In this document: positions 1 through 9,345 of the stretch, piece after piece
Position numbering within the stretch: position 1 is the first letter of the stretch
How the letters are laid out: every line of letters starts with the position of its first letter
Origin: Escherichia coli
GTDB lineage: Bacteria; Pseudomonadota; Gammaproteobacteria; Enterobacterales; Enterobacteriaceae
Assembly: GCF_048403405.1 (NCBI RefSeq)
Contig: NZ_CP183129.1
Strand: one strand, 5' to 3'
Length of the DNA: 64,000 nt
The notes under the pieces: model-generated
The model's input: the letters and a program-made list of their open reading frames with translations, nothing else
What the model was told of the DNA's origin: nothing
The model's database searches: none
Position numbers and translations under genes: made by a program

Positions 1-292
1 TTTCTTCATCGAGTTTTTTTAGCTTGTATCGCATAGCCCTTACTGAATAAATTGAGCGGCAGGTTGCAATTGCTATTTCTTCTGCGGAGAACTTACCGAA
101 AAGTGATACTTCGGCTCTTGTCCATCGTCTTCCACGAAGTCGGCTAACAATGTCAGCGCCAATCCTTGTTGCTTTCGCCATAACTGCTTTTTCAGTCCTT
201 TCCAGTTTTTCAGCGATAACTTCAACTGGCATTGTCGCCGCCACTTCGCGCAAGAAATCGACTTCCCATTTCTCCCATGGAGTCTTTTTCAT
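1..292 (-). CDS. Hypothetical phage early-left protein, partial (ATG at 292..290, runs off the left edge)
   Basis: Open frame on the minus strand from ATG 292 to position 1 with no stop (97 codons, MKKTPWEKWEVDFLREV...); directly downstream of the 304..792 gene. No clear SD, so possibly translationally coupled. Confidence 0.4.
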   Translation of the reverse strand, partial: MKKTPWEKWEVDFLREVAATMPVEVIAEKLERTEKAVMAKATRIGADIVSRLRGRRWTRAEVSLFGKFSAEEIAIATCRSIYSVRAMRYKLKKLDEE

Positions 293-303
293 AGGCGATA
301 CCG

Positions 304-792
304 TTATTTGATAAGAAGTGAAGGTTTCCCAACTTTGAGTTGAGCACCGGGGATATTTATTCCTGCTTTTAGTTGGTGTTTGATTGCCAGTTTGTCGGCT
401 TTAATTGTCGTTTCGAACTCAACGTATTCAGGAGGAAGGGCGCTTGAGTCGATGATTTCTACAGTTTCTGACGGTTTGCGGATTGTTACCTGGTGAATAC
501 CTGCTCGAATCTTTTTCTTGCCAACCATTTCAAGCGATGACGCTATATACGCCATAATGCTGTCAATCTTATTTTGAATTACTGCGGCTCGCTCATTTAG
601 TGACTTTGCCTCTTCCTTGAGGCGTTCAGCATAACCAGATTCATTTTTAATAATGGCGAGAAGTTGCTCTATTTTATCGGTAAATTCTCCTTCCATGCCT
701 TCTATTGTGTCAGCAATCATCTCTGGCTCTAAATCTGAATCCATCAATTTTGCGTATTCATTGGCTATTTCATACAGTTTGCTCACTGGCAA
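304..792 (-). CDS. Hypothetical protein of the recombination module (162 aa)
   Basis: ORF track; overlaps the recT stop by 23 nt in operon-like fashion; no motif recognised. Confidence 0.5.
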   Translation of the reverse strand: MPVSKLYEIANEYAKLMDSDLEPEMIADTIEGMEGEFTDKIEQLLAIIKNESGYAERLKEEAKSLNERAAVIQNKIDSIMAYIASSLEMVGKKKIRAGIHQVTIRKPSETVEIIDSSALPPEYVEFETTIKADKLAIKHQLKAGINIPGAQLKVGKPSLLIK

Positions 793-1681
793 CCTCCAGT
801 TTCGCTTTGCATTCTATGTAAATGGCTTGTACGTTCTGCTGCAATTTCATTCCAGATGTCAGGCGATATGCTTCTGCAAAATATCGCTTCAAATCATCCA
901 TGTTTTCTGCCTGAGCCATTTCATCGCAAAGAAGTTGTGCTTTATCCATTATTTCCTGCCGGCGTTTCCGTTCATCTTCGCGGATATCTTCCTCTGATTT
1001 GTGCGGCATAACTGGTTCAGTCCATACACCTTCTTCTTCGTTTAGTACGTGAATAGCACTATCAAGACGTGATGCCTTAGGCCAATACTTGCTTGCACGC
1101 TTCACGACCGTCTTTCGCGCCATCTCATTCCAGTGATTTACCCATGGTCCTTTATCGCTGAATGCCGCCTTGCTTGTTTTCCTTACAGCCTCAATTTCAG
1201 CAAGACTCATCTCTTCCGTTAGATAATCACCTGCCGGCGTCTTAACTGTGCAGTAAACGCCAACGATATCACCACGATCACCGAAGGCGTTGTATTTATG
1301 GGTTGGTGCTTTATCAAGCCCGTTTGACTCATAGGTATCGTTAGCATGAACAAGTTTTGCCTGACCCCATGAGATAACACCAGACTCCATTGCAATATGG
1401 AGCAATCCCATATAGCTGATATCAAGGCAAACCATGCCGTCGCGCGGAACCAGATAAGCCAGTTTGCTGGCCGGGTTTAAGGTGATGCCGATCGCCGCAA
1501 CATTGATGATGGCGTTCTGTGCGCTGGTTGGATTTGCCAGTGCTGTTTTAGCCAGGTAATCATTTTTCTGGAAATACTGAATTGCAAACTGGCTTTCCTT
1601 AGCCCATGTCACCGTCTGTTCAGTCAATGCTCCGCAGAATAACTGCTCCTGCTGTTTAACGAATTCAACGATATTGCTCAT
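770..1681 (-). CDS. recT: RecT-family single-strand annealing protein (303 aa)
   Basis: Segment GPWVNHWNEMARKTVVKRASKYWPK resembles the conserved RecT block (Rac RecT GPWVTHWEEMAKKTAIRRLFKYLP, from memory); sits at the position of lambda bet. Confidence 0.75.
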   Translation of the reverse strand: MSNIVEFVKQQEQLFCGALTEQTVTWAKESQFAIQYFQKNDYLAKTALANPTSAQNAIINVAAIGITLNPASKLAYLVPRDGMVCLDISYMGLLHIAMESGVISWGQAKLVHANDTYESNGLDKAPTHKYNAFGDRGDIVGVYCTVKTPAGDYLTEEMSLAEIEAVRKTSKAAFSDKGPWVNHWNEMARKTVVKRASKYWPKASRLDSAIHVLNEEEGVWTEPVMPHKSEEDIREDERKRRQEIMDKAQLLCDEMAQAENMDDLKRYFAEAYRLTSGMKLQQNVQAIYIECKAKLEVASEQTV

Positions 1682-1989
1682 GCAGCTTCTCCATAAATAT
1701 GTCTGCGTTTGAATATTGCGAAGGCATATTCAGCCTTAACTCTTTCGGTTATTGCATCCCAGAACCATTCAGCGGCTTTTTCCTGATAGTTACAGTCATC
1801 ATCTTCCAGCCAGTCGATAGCGTCCTTAGTGTGTTCATCTGGTTTATATGAGCGAAGCATTTCGCTTATTGGGTCGCAACGTTTGCAGAGGCGATCAACT
1901 TCACTGTTGATTCGTTCGTAATCTTCATCAGTAAAACTTGCGATTATTTGCGATATTTCACGCTTATCATTCAGAGTCAGAATCATCAT
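1678..1989 (-). CDS. Hypothetical protein (103 aa) at the position of lambda gam/kil
   Basis: ORF track; 4-nt overlap with recT start; function unknown. Confidence 0.5.
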   Translation of the reverse strand: MMILTLNDKREISQIIASFTDEDYERINSEVDRLCKRCDPISEMLRSYKPDEHTKDAIDWLEDDDCNYQEKAAEWFWDAITERVKAEYAFAIFKRRHIYGEAA

Positions 1990-2070
1990 CTTTCTCCTGT
2001 TCTTTGTGCTGATTGAGCATTTTGTTCATCTGACGAATGAATTCTTCGTCTGACCAGTTATCTGTAAAAC

Positions 2071-2241
2071 TCATGGACGGCCTTGTTGTTTCAAAATATC
2101 CCAAAGCTTTTCGAGCAAACTTTTCATTCTTGGTTGTTTAAAGTCTGCTCCGGTTAAAATGTTTTTTCGTGAATGCTGCACCGATAAAATTGGGTTGAAA
2201 GGGCGAACCGATGCCGCCCCTGCAATAGCGAACTGTTGCAT
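2071..2241 (-). CDS. cIII: cIII-like small protein (56 aa; not in ORF track because under 60 aa)
   Basis: Minus-strand ORF MQQFAIAGAASVRPF...SLLEKLWDILKQQGRP with GGAG SD 8 nt upstream; resembles lambda cIII (MQYAIAG...LIDILNQPGVP, from memory); correct position downstream of N. Confidence 0.5.
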   Translation of the reverse strand: MQQFAIAGAASVRPFNPILSVQHSRKNILTGADFKQPRMKSLLEKLWDILKQQGRP

Positions 2242-2316
2242 AGGATGCTCCTTCTGTTTGATTGCATAACGAAAACGCCTCGAGTGAAGCGTTATTGGTA
2301 TGCGGTAAAGCCGCGC

Positions 2317-2685
2317 TCAGGCGGCTTTGATAGTCATATCATCTGAATCAAATATTCCTGATGTATCGATATCGGTAATTCTTATTCCTTCACTACCATC
2401 CATTGGAGGCCATCCTTCCTGACCATTTCCATCATTCCAGTCGAACTCACACACAACACCATATGCATTTAAGTCGCTTGAAATTGCTATAAGCAGAGCA
2501 TGTTGCGCCAGCATGATTAATACAGCATTTAATACAGAGCCGTGTTTATTGAGTCGGTATTCAGAGTCTGACCAGAAATTATTAATCTGGTGAAGTTTTT
2601 CCTCTGTCATTACGTCATGGTCGATTTCAATTTCTATTGATGCTTTCCAGTCGTAATCAATGATGTATTTTTTGATGTTTGACAT
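2317..2685 (-). CDS. Hypothetical early-left protein (122 aa)
   Basis: ORF track; preceded on the minus strand by a hairpin plus T-run (about 2706..2740) consistent with an N-antiterminated terminator. Confidence 0.5.
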   Translation of the reverse strand: MSNIKKYIIDYDWKASIEIEIDHDVMTEEKLHQINNFWSDSEYRLNKHGSVLNAVLIMLAQHALLIAISSDLNAYGVVCEFDWNDGNGQEGWPPMDGSEGIRITDIDTSGIFDSDDMTIKAA

Positions 2686-2867
2686 CTATTCATATCCTCA
2701 TAGATAAAAAATTGCCCTCACATTGGAGGGCAAAGAAGATTTCCAATAATCAGAACAAGTCGGATCCTGTTTAGTTACGAGCGACATTGCTCCGTGTATT
2801 CACTCGTTGGAATGAATACACAGTGCAGTGTTTATTCTGTTGTTTATGCCAAAAATAAAGGCCACCA

Positions 2868-3068
2868 TCAGGCAGCCTTGTTGTTCAGTTTACCAAGTTC
2901 TCTGGCAATCATTGCCGTCGTTCGTATTGCCCATTTATCGACATATTTCCCATCTTCCATTACAGGAAACATTTCTTCAGGCTTAACCATGCATTCCGAT
3001 TGCAGCTTGCATCCATTGCATCGCTTGAATTGTCCACACCATTGATTTTTATCAATAGTCGTAGTCAT
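2868..3068 (-). CDS. Small Cys-rich (CxxC...CxxC) putative zinc-binding protein (66 aa)
   Basis: ORF track; motif CGQFKRCNGCKLQSEC; typical small early-left phage protein. Confidence 0.45.
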   Translation of the reverse strand: MTTTIDKNQWCGQFKRCNGCKLQSECMVKPEEMFPVMEDGKYVDKWAIRTTAMIARELGKLNNKAA

Positions 3069-3146
3069 ACGGATAGTCCTGGTATTGTTCCATCACATCC
3101 TGCGGATGCTCTTCGAACTCTTCAAATTCTTCTTCCATATATCACC

Positions 3147-3473
3147 TCAAATAAGTGGTTTGCTGCCTAATTTCATTTTCTGGCTACCAACACAAGTCAC
3201 ACCCATTTCACTACGTGGCTTGCTGTACCATGTGCGCTGATTCTTGCGATCAATACGTTGCAGGTTGCTTTCAATCTGTTCGTGGTATTCAGCCAGCACT
3301 GTAAGGTCTATAGGATTCAGTGCGCTTTCTACTCGTGATTTCGGTTTGCGATTCAGCGAGAGAATAGGGCGGTTAACTGGTTTTGCGCTTACCCCAACCA
3401 ACAGGGGATTTGCTGCTTTCCATTTAGCCTGTTTCTCTGCGCGACGTTCGCGGCGGCGTGTTTGTGCATCCAT
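3147..3473 (-). CDS. N: Antitermination protein N (lambda-type, 108 aa)
   Basis: MDAQTRRRERRAEKQA.WKAANPLLVGVSAKPVNRPILSLNRKPKSRVESALNPIDLTVLAEY... matches lambda N almost residue for residue (from memory); nutL lies upstream. Confidence 0.9.
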   Translation of the reverse strand: MDAQTRRRERRAEKQAKWKAANPLLVGVSAKPVNRPILSLNRKPKSRVESALNPIDLTVLAEYHEQIESNLQRIDRKNQRTWYSKPRSEMGVTCVGSQKMKLGSKPLI

Positions 3474-3671
3474 CTGGATTCTCCTGTCAGTTAGCTTTGG
3501 TGATTGGATGGCCGGCGCTGAACCCCGGCTTACTGGTTAGAGCGCCCGCACTACCAGTGACGCTGTCTTGAGGCGCAGATTGGTTACTGCTTGCCATGAG
3601 CGCTGTTTATACATTGGTCGAGCATCAGCCTGCTCATTCATCCAATCCCAAAGCCTTCTGCTTTGAATGCT

Positions 3672-3702
3672 GCCCTTCTTCAGGGCTTAATTTTTAAGAG
3701 CC
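3672..3702 (-). promoter_or_regulatory. nutL (boxA GCTCTTAA plus boxB GCCCTGAAGAAGGGC hairpin)
   Basis: Minus-strand reading gives GCTCTTAAAAATTAAGCCCTGAAGAAGGGC, the lambda nutL arrangement, between pL and N. Confidence 0.75.
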
Positions 3703-3743
3703 TCACCTTCATGGTGGTCAGTGCGTCCTGCTGATGTGCTTAG

Positions 3744-3804
3744 TATCACCGCCAGTGGTATTTATGTCAACACCGCCAGAGATAATTTATCACCGTAGAT
3801 GGTT
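3744..3804 (-). promoter_or_regulatory. oL1-oL2-oL3 operators with leftward promoter pL
   Basis: Three 17-bp cI operator sites TATCACCGCCAGTGGTA, CAACACCGCCAGAGATA, TATCACCGTAGATGGTT with lambda spacing. Confidence 0.8.
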
Positions 3805-3960
3805 ATTTGTATGTTTTTTATATAGATTTATTTTTTGCAGGGTTGTGTGGATTGGGAAGGTGATCGAGAGATCTGAATTGCGATGTTTAGTGAGTTGTAT
3901 CTATTAATTTTGAAATAAATACAATTGGTTATGCGTTTTTTGGGGGGGCGTTAGGCAAAG

Positions 3961-3986
3961 AAAACCCGGCGCTGAGGCCGGGTTAT
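3961..3986 (-). terminator. timm-like rho-independent terminator ending the cI operon
   Basis: Hairpin AACCCGGCctcaGCGCCGGGTT followed on the minus strand by TTTTCTTTG; same sequence as the lambda terminator after rexB (from memory). Confidence 0.7.
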
Positions 3987-3993
3987 GTAGGCA

Positions 3994-4095
3994 TTATGCG
4001 GCTTTTTTGGTGTGTGCTGACGAGCGAGCCAGAATCTCGTTGATGAGAGATCTCAGGGTCATTGCATCTTTGTGCAGAGTGGACATGGTTTTCAT
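3994..4095 (-). CDS. 33-aa basic peptide ORF (MKTMSTLHKDAMTLRSLINEILARSSAHTKKAA), second gene of the cI-downstream cassette
   Basis: ATG with GAGG SD 7 nt upstream; stop 7 nt before the timm hairpin; under the ORF-track size cutoff; not a known lambda gene. Confidence 0.4.
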   Translation of the reverse strand: MKTMSTLHKDAMTLRSLINEILARSSAHTKKAA

Positions 4096-4164
4096 TGCGT
4101 TTCCTCGGTTTATTTTATGGTACTAGCCTAGTTCAAATAGACTATATGAAATCTTGATTTACTA

Positions 4165-4545
4165 TTAAGGCCATTGGGTTGGTGGAAGATCGTGGGTTTT
4201 TATCTGCGTATTTGCTTCCACACATTTATCATAGTCTAATTTCTCTACAGCAAGCAATAGTGATTCAGCATACATCAATCCTTGTTTGATGTTCATAACA
4301 TTTATGCTTGCACTTGCGGCATCCATATCCTTTGCTGTCTCTACCATGTGCTCAAAGCTTTGAGCAATAGAGTCAACACCGTTTTTCATCCTTGTAAACA
4401 CTAATTTTAGCTCATCAAGGCTTGGATTCGTTAGATCATACATCCCATGCATTCCATGGGCTTCGAATAACTCTGACAACGATCTAAGGGCGAAGTTCAC
4501 AGAATCAATAACTTGGTCGTACTTTTTCTTATCAAGATCATTCAT
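4165..4545 (-). CDS. 126-aa acidic protein of unknown function occupying the rexA/rexB position
   Basis: ORF track; starts 66 nt downstream of the cI stop on the same strand, AAGG SD about 11 nt upstream; no TM segment or motif recognised; visibly AT-richer than cI. Confidence 0.6.
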   Translation of the reverse strand: MNDLDKKKYDQVIDSVNFALRSLSELFEAHGMHGMYDLTNPSLDELKLVFTRMKNGVDSIAQSFEHMVETAKDMDAASASINVMNIKQGLMYAESLLLAVEKLDYDKCVEANTQIKTHDLPPTQWP

Positions 4546-4611
4546 TAAAAATATAACCTTTTAACTAATTGATATTGCTGCATTTATATCAATATATGCA
4601 TTTCACATATA

Positions 4612-5328
<717 letters not shown>

Positions 5329-5335
5329 TTAAATC

Positions 5336-5401
5336 TATCACCGCGAGGGATAAATATCTAACACCGTGCGTGTTGACTATTTTACCTCTAGCGGTGATAA
5401 T
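5336..5401. promoter_or_regulatory. OR3-OR2-OR1 operators with divergent promoters pRM and pR
   Basis: TATCACCGCGAGGGATA (5336..5352), TAACACCGTGCGTGTTG (5359..5375), TACCTCTAGCGGTGATA (5383..5399); pR -35 TTGACT and -10 GATAAT overlap OR2/OR1. Confidence 0.85.
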
Positions 5402-5416
5402 AGTTGCATGTACTAA

Positions 5417-5626
<210 letters not shown>

Positions 5627-5633
5627 ATAACCC

Positions 5634-5665
5634 CGCTCTTACACATTCCAGCCCTGAAAAAGGGC
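5634..5665 (+). promoter_or_regulatory. nutR (boxA CGCTCTTAC plus boxB GCCCTGAAAAAGGGC)
   Basis: Canonical lambda nutR immediately after cro. Confidence 0.8.
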
Positions 5666-5741
5666 ATTACCAGAAACAAATCTCTATGGTTTTGCGTTTC
5701 TTTGCGAAGCCAACTCTATCTAATCATTAAGGAAATTATCT

Positions 5742-6023
5742 ATGGGTACTATTGCAACTAAAAGCAAGAAAGCGGCTCGCATCGAGTCAGCCTTGCTGAA
5801 CAAACTGGCACTGATGGGGCAGAAGACATTCGCTCGAGCAATGGGGGTTCCTGAATATCAGGTAAGCAGATGGAAGAATGGTTTCTTCTCGCAGGTAAGC
5901 ATGATGCTGGCTGTTCTGGAATATGGAATCGAAGACGATGAAATGGCTGAATTGACTAAGCGGCTTGCCAATTACCTGACAAAAGAAAAAGCCCCGAAGA
6001 ACGGCGAATTCTTCGAGGCCTGA
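5742..6023 (+). CDS. cII: CII-like transcriptional activator (93 aa)
   Basis: [25 protein letters not shown]...QVSRWK...MLAVLEYG resembles lambda CII ([24 protein letters not shown]...QISRWK...LLAVLEWG) but is clearly divergent. Confidence 0.7.
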   Translation: MGTIATKSKKAARIESALLNKLALMGQKTFARAMGVPEYQVSRWKNGFFSQVSMMLAVLEYGIEDDEMAELTKRLANYLTKEKAPKNGEFFEA

Positions 6024-6057
6024 TGTAGAAAGACTGGATCAATCCACAGGAGTAATT

Positions 6058-6204
6058 ATGACAAAACAACTCAGTCCTTACCAGGACAAAATTCACAAAC
6101 ACATACTACGTGATCGCTTCCTGTCCAGCTTCAAGCAGCCTGGTCGATTCCTGGCTGAGTTGGAAAAAGTGAAGCTGATGCAGAAGGAGAAAGGTCATGA
6201 GTAA
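6058..6204 (+). CDS. Small ORF (48 aa) between cII and O
   Basis: ATG with AGGAG SD 6 nt upstream; stop overlaps the O start; under the ORF-track size cutoff. Confidence 0.35.
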   Translation: MTKQLSPYQDKIHKHILRDRFLSSFKQPGRFLAELEKVKLMQKEKGHE

Positions 6205-7057
6205 TCTTGCAACCGTAACACATTTAAGGCCTTCACAACGGCCTGTGGAGCGTCGTGTGGCAGAAGTTGAAGATGGTTATACCCGTCTTGCAAATGCCCT
6301 GTATGAAGAGCTTATCGGCGCAGATTTAACGAAAAATCAGAGCAAGGTTGCCCACGCCATATGCCGTAAAACATACGGCTACGGTAAAAAGATGGATCGC
6401 ATTTCTGATAGTCAGTTAGCTCAAATTACCAGGCTGCCAAGACAGAAGGTAAACAAGGCCAAGAATGAGCTTATCGCGATGAAGGTTATCCTTCGCGAAG
6501 GCCAGCAAATCGGGCCTAACAAGAACATCGAAGAATGGCAAATCGAAGGGTGTCACTACTCTGGTGATAATGTCACTGCATTGGTGACAAAAAGTGTCAC
6601 CAAAACGGTGACAGCGCTGTCACCAAAACAGGGACACACAAAAGAAACTATTACAAAAGAAAAAAGAAATAATAAAAACACTATGTCCGAAAGTGTTCGG
6701 ACGGAGTGTGAAAAATCATCTGACCGTCACGAAGAAACCGACAAGGCATTCGAGGAAATATTCTGGTGTGCAGGCATGCGGAAAGCCGGGAAGAAAAACG
6801 CGGCTTCGGCATTCAGAACACAGTTCAGGGAATGGCGTAAAACTACCAGGGGTACGGCAAGCGAGTTTGCCACGATGCTGGCAGAAGACATCGCATGCAG
6901 GAATGGTAAGCAGTTCGGATTCGACAGGTTGTTACCATCGAGCTACCTGAACGGTCAACGCTGGAACGACGAGAAGCCAGAAACTATTCAACCACAATCC
7001 AAACCATCATCCGCAATCACCGTATCGAAAACTGGCTACGTGTTTTTCGACAGGTGA
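6197..7057 (+). CDS. O: Replication initiator, lambda O-like (286 aa)
   Basis: N-terminal half matches lambda O (DGYxRLxNxLxE...GADLTKxQxKV...KTYGxxKxMDRIxDSQLxxITxLP); contains the ori iterons internally. Confidence 0.8.
   Translation: MSNLATVTHLRPSQRPVERRVAEVEDGYTRLANALYEELIGADLTKNQSKVAHAICRKTYGYGKKMDRISDSQLAQITRLPRQKVNKAKNELIAMKVILREGQQIGPNKNIEEWQIEGCHYSGDNVTALVTKSVTKTVTALSPKQGHTKETITKEKRNNKNTMSESVRTECEKSSDRHEETDKAFEEIFWCAGMRKAGKKNAASAFRTQFREWRKTTRGTASEFATMLAEDIACRNGKQFGFDRLLPSSYLNGQRWNDEKPETIQPQSKPSSAITVSKTGYVFFDR
6551..6680. repeat. Origin iterons (repeated TGTCAC/GTGACA inverted-repeat units) plus adjacent A/T-rich tract inside the O gene
   Basis: GTGTCACTACTCTGGTGATAATGTCACTGCATTGGTGACAAAAAGTGTCACCAAAACGGTGACAGCGCTGTCACCAAAACAGGGACAC followed by AAAAGAAAAAAGAAATAATAAAAAC. 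Confidence 0.5.
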
Positions 7058-7164
7058 ACCATGAAATCAAAAATCAAATCGCTACTGGTCGCTGGTTATA
7101 ACCACGGCTGGTTAAGTATTTCGTTTGTCGATTTCTGGTTTAAAAATCTCAATCTGAGGGAATC

Positions 7165-9045
7165 ATGACACCAAGTGAACTTAGCGACCTGCTTTGGGCG
7201 CAGGTTGACAGGGTGGCTCCGCACCTGTTGCCAAACGGCAAGAAAGAGGGGCATGAGTGGGTTGCCGGTAACGTCAACGGTGACAAGGGAAACAGCCTTA
7301 AGGTCAACCTTAGCGGCAAGAAAAAATGGGCTGATTTCGCTGAGGGAGACGGCGGTGACATGCTTGATTTGTGGATGGCATGTCGTGGAATTAACCTGCA
7401 TCAGGCTATGCAGGAAGCGAAAGCCTTTCTCGGAATCAAGGATGACGATCACCATTTCGATGCCAAACGTGAGAAGAAATTCTCCAGACCTGATCGCAAG
7501 AAAATCGCCCGCTACGTTACCAGAACAGAATCCCATCTTGAGTACCTGCAATCGCGTGGCATATCGCCAGAAATCGTAAAGCGCTACGAGGTTGTCAGCG
7601 GCAAGGTGTGGAATGGAGAGCTGGAACTGGATGCTCTGGTGATTCCGTACAAACGCGATGGTGAGTTGTTGCAGGTCAAGCGAATCAGCACTGAGCGCCC
7701 GGACGGGAAGAAAGTCATTATGGCAGAAGGTGATTGCGAACCTTGTCTGTTCGGATGGCAGGCTCTGGACGCTGGCGTGAGGGCGGTTGTACTTTGCGAA
7801 GGCGAAATTGATTGTATGAGCTATGCGCAATACGGCATCTCGGCGTTATCCGTGCCGTTTGGTGGCGGGAAAGGCGCTAAACAGCAGTGGATTGAGTTTG
7901 AGTATCACAACCTCGACAGGTTTGAGGAAATATTCATCTCGATGGACGTTGATGATGTTGGTCGTGAAGCCGCAAGGGAAATCGCAAGCCGACTCGGTGA
8001 ACATCGTTGCCGTCTTGTTACTCTGCCGTACAAAGACATCAACGAATGCCTGATGAACGGTGTTACCGAGGATGAAATCTGGCAGTACATCGGCACGGCA
8101 TCCTACTTCGACCCTGAAGAACTCTACAGCGCGCGAGAGTTTTACCAGGACACTATCAACGCTTTCTACGGCAAGCAGCAGTATCTGTTTAATCCACCGT
8201 GGGAATCTCTGGTAGATAAATTCCAGTTCCGTGAGGCCGAGTTGACGCTGGTCAATGGTGTGAACGGTCACGGAAAAACGGAGGTTGTCGGGCATATGGC
8301 TCTTGAGGCAATGCGTCAGGGTGTGAAGACGTGCATCGCGTCACTTGAGCTGAAGCCTGGTATTCTCCTTAAGCGCCTTACCCGTCAGGCGACGTGCTGC
8401 AAGATGCCGCCAGTGCTGGAAATTGACTCTGCATTTAAATTTTATGACGAAAGACTTTGGGTGTTTGGCCTGACCGGAACGGCGAAAGCCGACAGGCTGA
8501 TCGAAATATTCGACTACGCTCGCCGCCGATACGGGATCCAGTTATTCATCATCGACAGCCTGATGAAATGTGGCATAGGCGACGATGACTATAACGGGCA
8601 GAAGGCGTTTGTTGACTCGATTTGCGACTTCAAAAACAAAACAAACTCCCACGTCATTCTCGTTACTCACTCGCGAAAAGGAGACAGCGAAGAAAAACCA
8701 ACCGGGAAAATGGACGTAAAAGGCTCTGGAGCGATAACAGACCTGACAGACAACCTTTTCATCATCTGGCGTAACAAGGCTCGCGAGAGAGCGTTACAGA
8801 GAGTTCAGAGTGGTGAAAAGATGTCAGAGAAGGACGAACAGCTACTGGCATCTCCGGCATCTGTTTTGATGCTTGAAAAACAACGTAACGGCGAAGGTTG
8901 GGAAGGTGGTGTCCCGTTGTTCCTTGACGAGCAATCGCACCAGTTCCTGCAACTTGAATCAGGATCGCCATATAGCTACATCGCCAATATGCCGAAATCG
9001 GAATATGACGAGGCGTGGAGACAGGAAAACGTGACGGAGTATTAA
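7165..9045 (+). CDS. Bifunctional DNA primase/helicase (T7 gp4-like; 626 aa) in place of lambda P
   Basis: Central acidic TOPRIM-like block (VVLCEGEIDCMSYAQ...ISMDVDDVGREAA) followed by Walker A GVNGHGKT and a RecA/DnaB-like C-terminal half; follows the O-like gene. Confidence 0.7.
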   Translation: MTPSELSDLLWAQVDRVAPHLLPNGKKEGHEWVAGNVNGDKGNSLKVNLSGKKKWADFAEGDGGDMLDLWMACRGINLHQAMQEAKAFLGIKDDDHHFDAKREKKFSRPDRKKIARYVTRTESHLEYLQSRGISPEIVKRYEVVSGKVWNGELELDALVIPYKRDGELLQVKRISTERPDGKKVIMAEGDCEPCLFGWQALDAGVRAVVLCEGEIDCMSYAQYGISALSVPFGGGKGAKQQWIEFEYHNLDRFEEIFISMDVDDVGREAAREIASRLGEHRCRLVTLPYKDINECLMNGVTEDEIWQYIGTASYFDPEELYSAREFYQDTINAFYGKQQYLFNPPWESLVDKFQFREAELTLVNGVNGHGKTEVVGHMALEAMRQGVKTCIASLELKPGILLKRLTRQATCCKMPPVLEIDSAFKFYDERLWVFGLTGTAKADRLIEIFDYARRRYGIQLFIIDSLMKCGIGDDDYNGQKAFVDSICDFKNKTNSHVILVTHSRKGDSEEKPTGKMDVKGSGAITDLTDNLFIIWRNKARERALQRVQSGEKMSEKDEQLLASPASVLMLEKQRNGEGWEGGVPLFLDEQSHQFLQLESGSPYSYIANMPKSEYDEAWRQENVTEY

Positions 9046-9074
9046 ATGACCATCTACATCACTGAGCTGATAGC

Positions 9075-9106
9075 AGGCCTGCTGGTAATCGCAGGCCTTT
9101 TTATTT
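9075..9106 (+). terminator. Rho-independent terminator after the primase-helicase gene
   Basis: AGGCCTGCtggtaatcGCAGGCCT followed by TTTTTATTT. Confidence 0.55.
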
Positions 9107-9121
9107 GGGGGAGGGTAAATC

Positions 9122-9328
9122 GTGGCTGAGTTTATGCTCGTCGCACTCAAATGCGTTGGCGTTGGATGGATTCTTCTGACGTTTTTTATTGTTCTGCATA
9201 GCTACATTCGCCTTGTGAATGACGGTAAAGATCCATGGTATACGTTGTTTGGCGCTGCATTTGTCTGGGTGATTATCGGTGTTATGCCTGTCGCTGTAGC
9301 AAAAATGGCGTGGCGTTTTGTGAGTTGA
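9122..9328 (+). CDS. Small predicted membrane protein (68 aa, two hydrophobic helices), GTG start
   Basis: GGGAGGG SD 6 nt upstream of GTG; hydrophobic segments WILLTFFIVL and FGAAFVWVIIGVMPVAVA. Confidence 0.45.
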   Translation: MAEFMLVALKCVGVGWILLTFFIVLHSYIRLVNDGKDPWYTLFGAAFVWVIIGVMPVAVAKMAWRFVS

Positions 9329-9345
9329 ACTGAGGGTAATTATCG

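Noticed and set aside
7096-7830. 244-aa ORF on the minus strand
   Set aside because: Lies entirely antisense to the well-supported primase-helicase gene; no SD; amino-acid composition typical of an antisense reading of a coding region.
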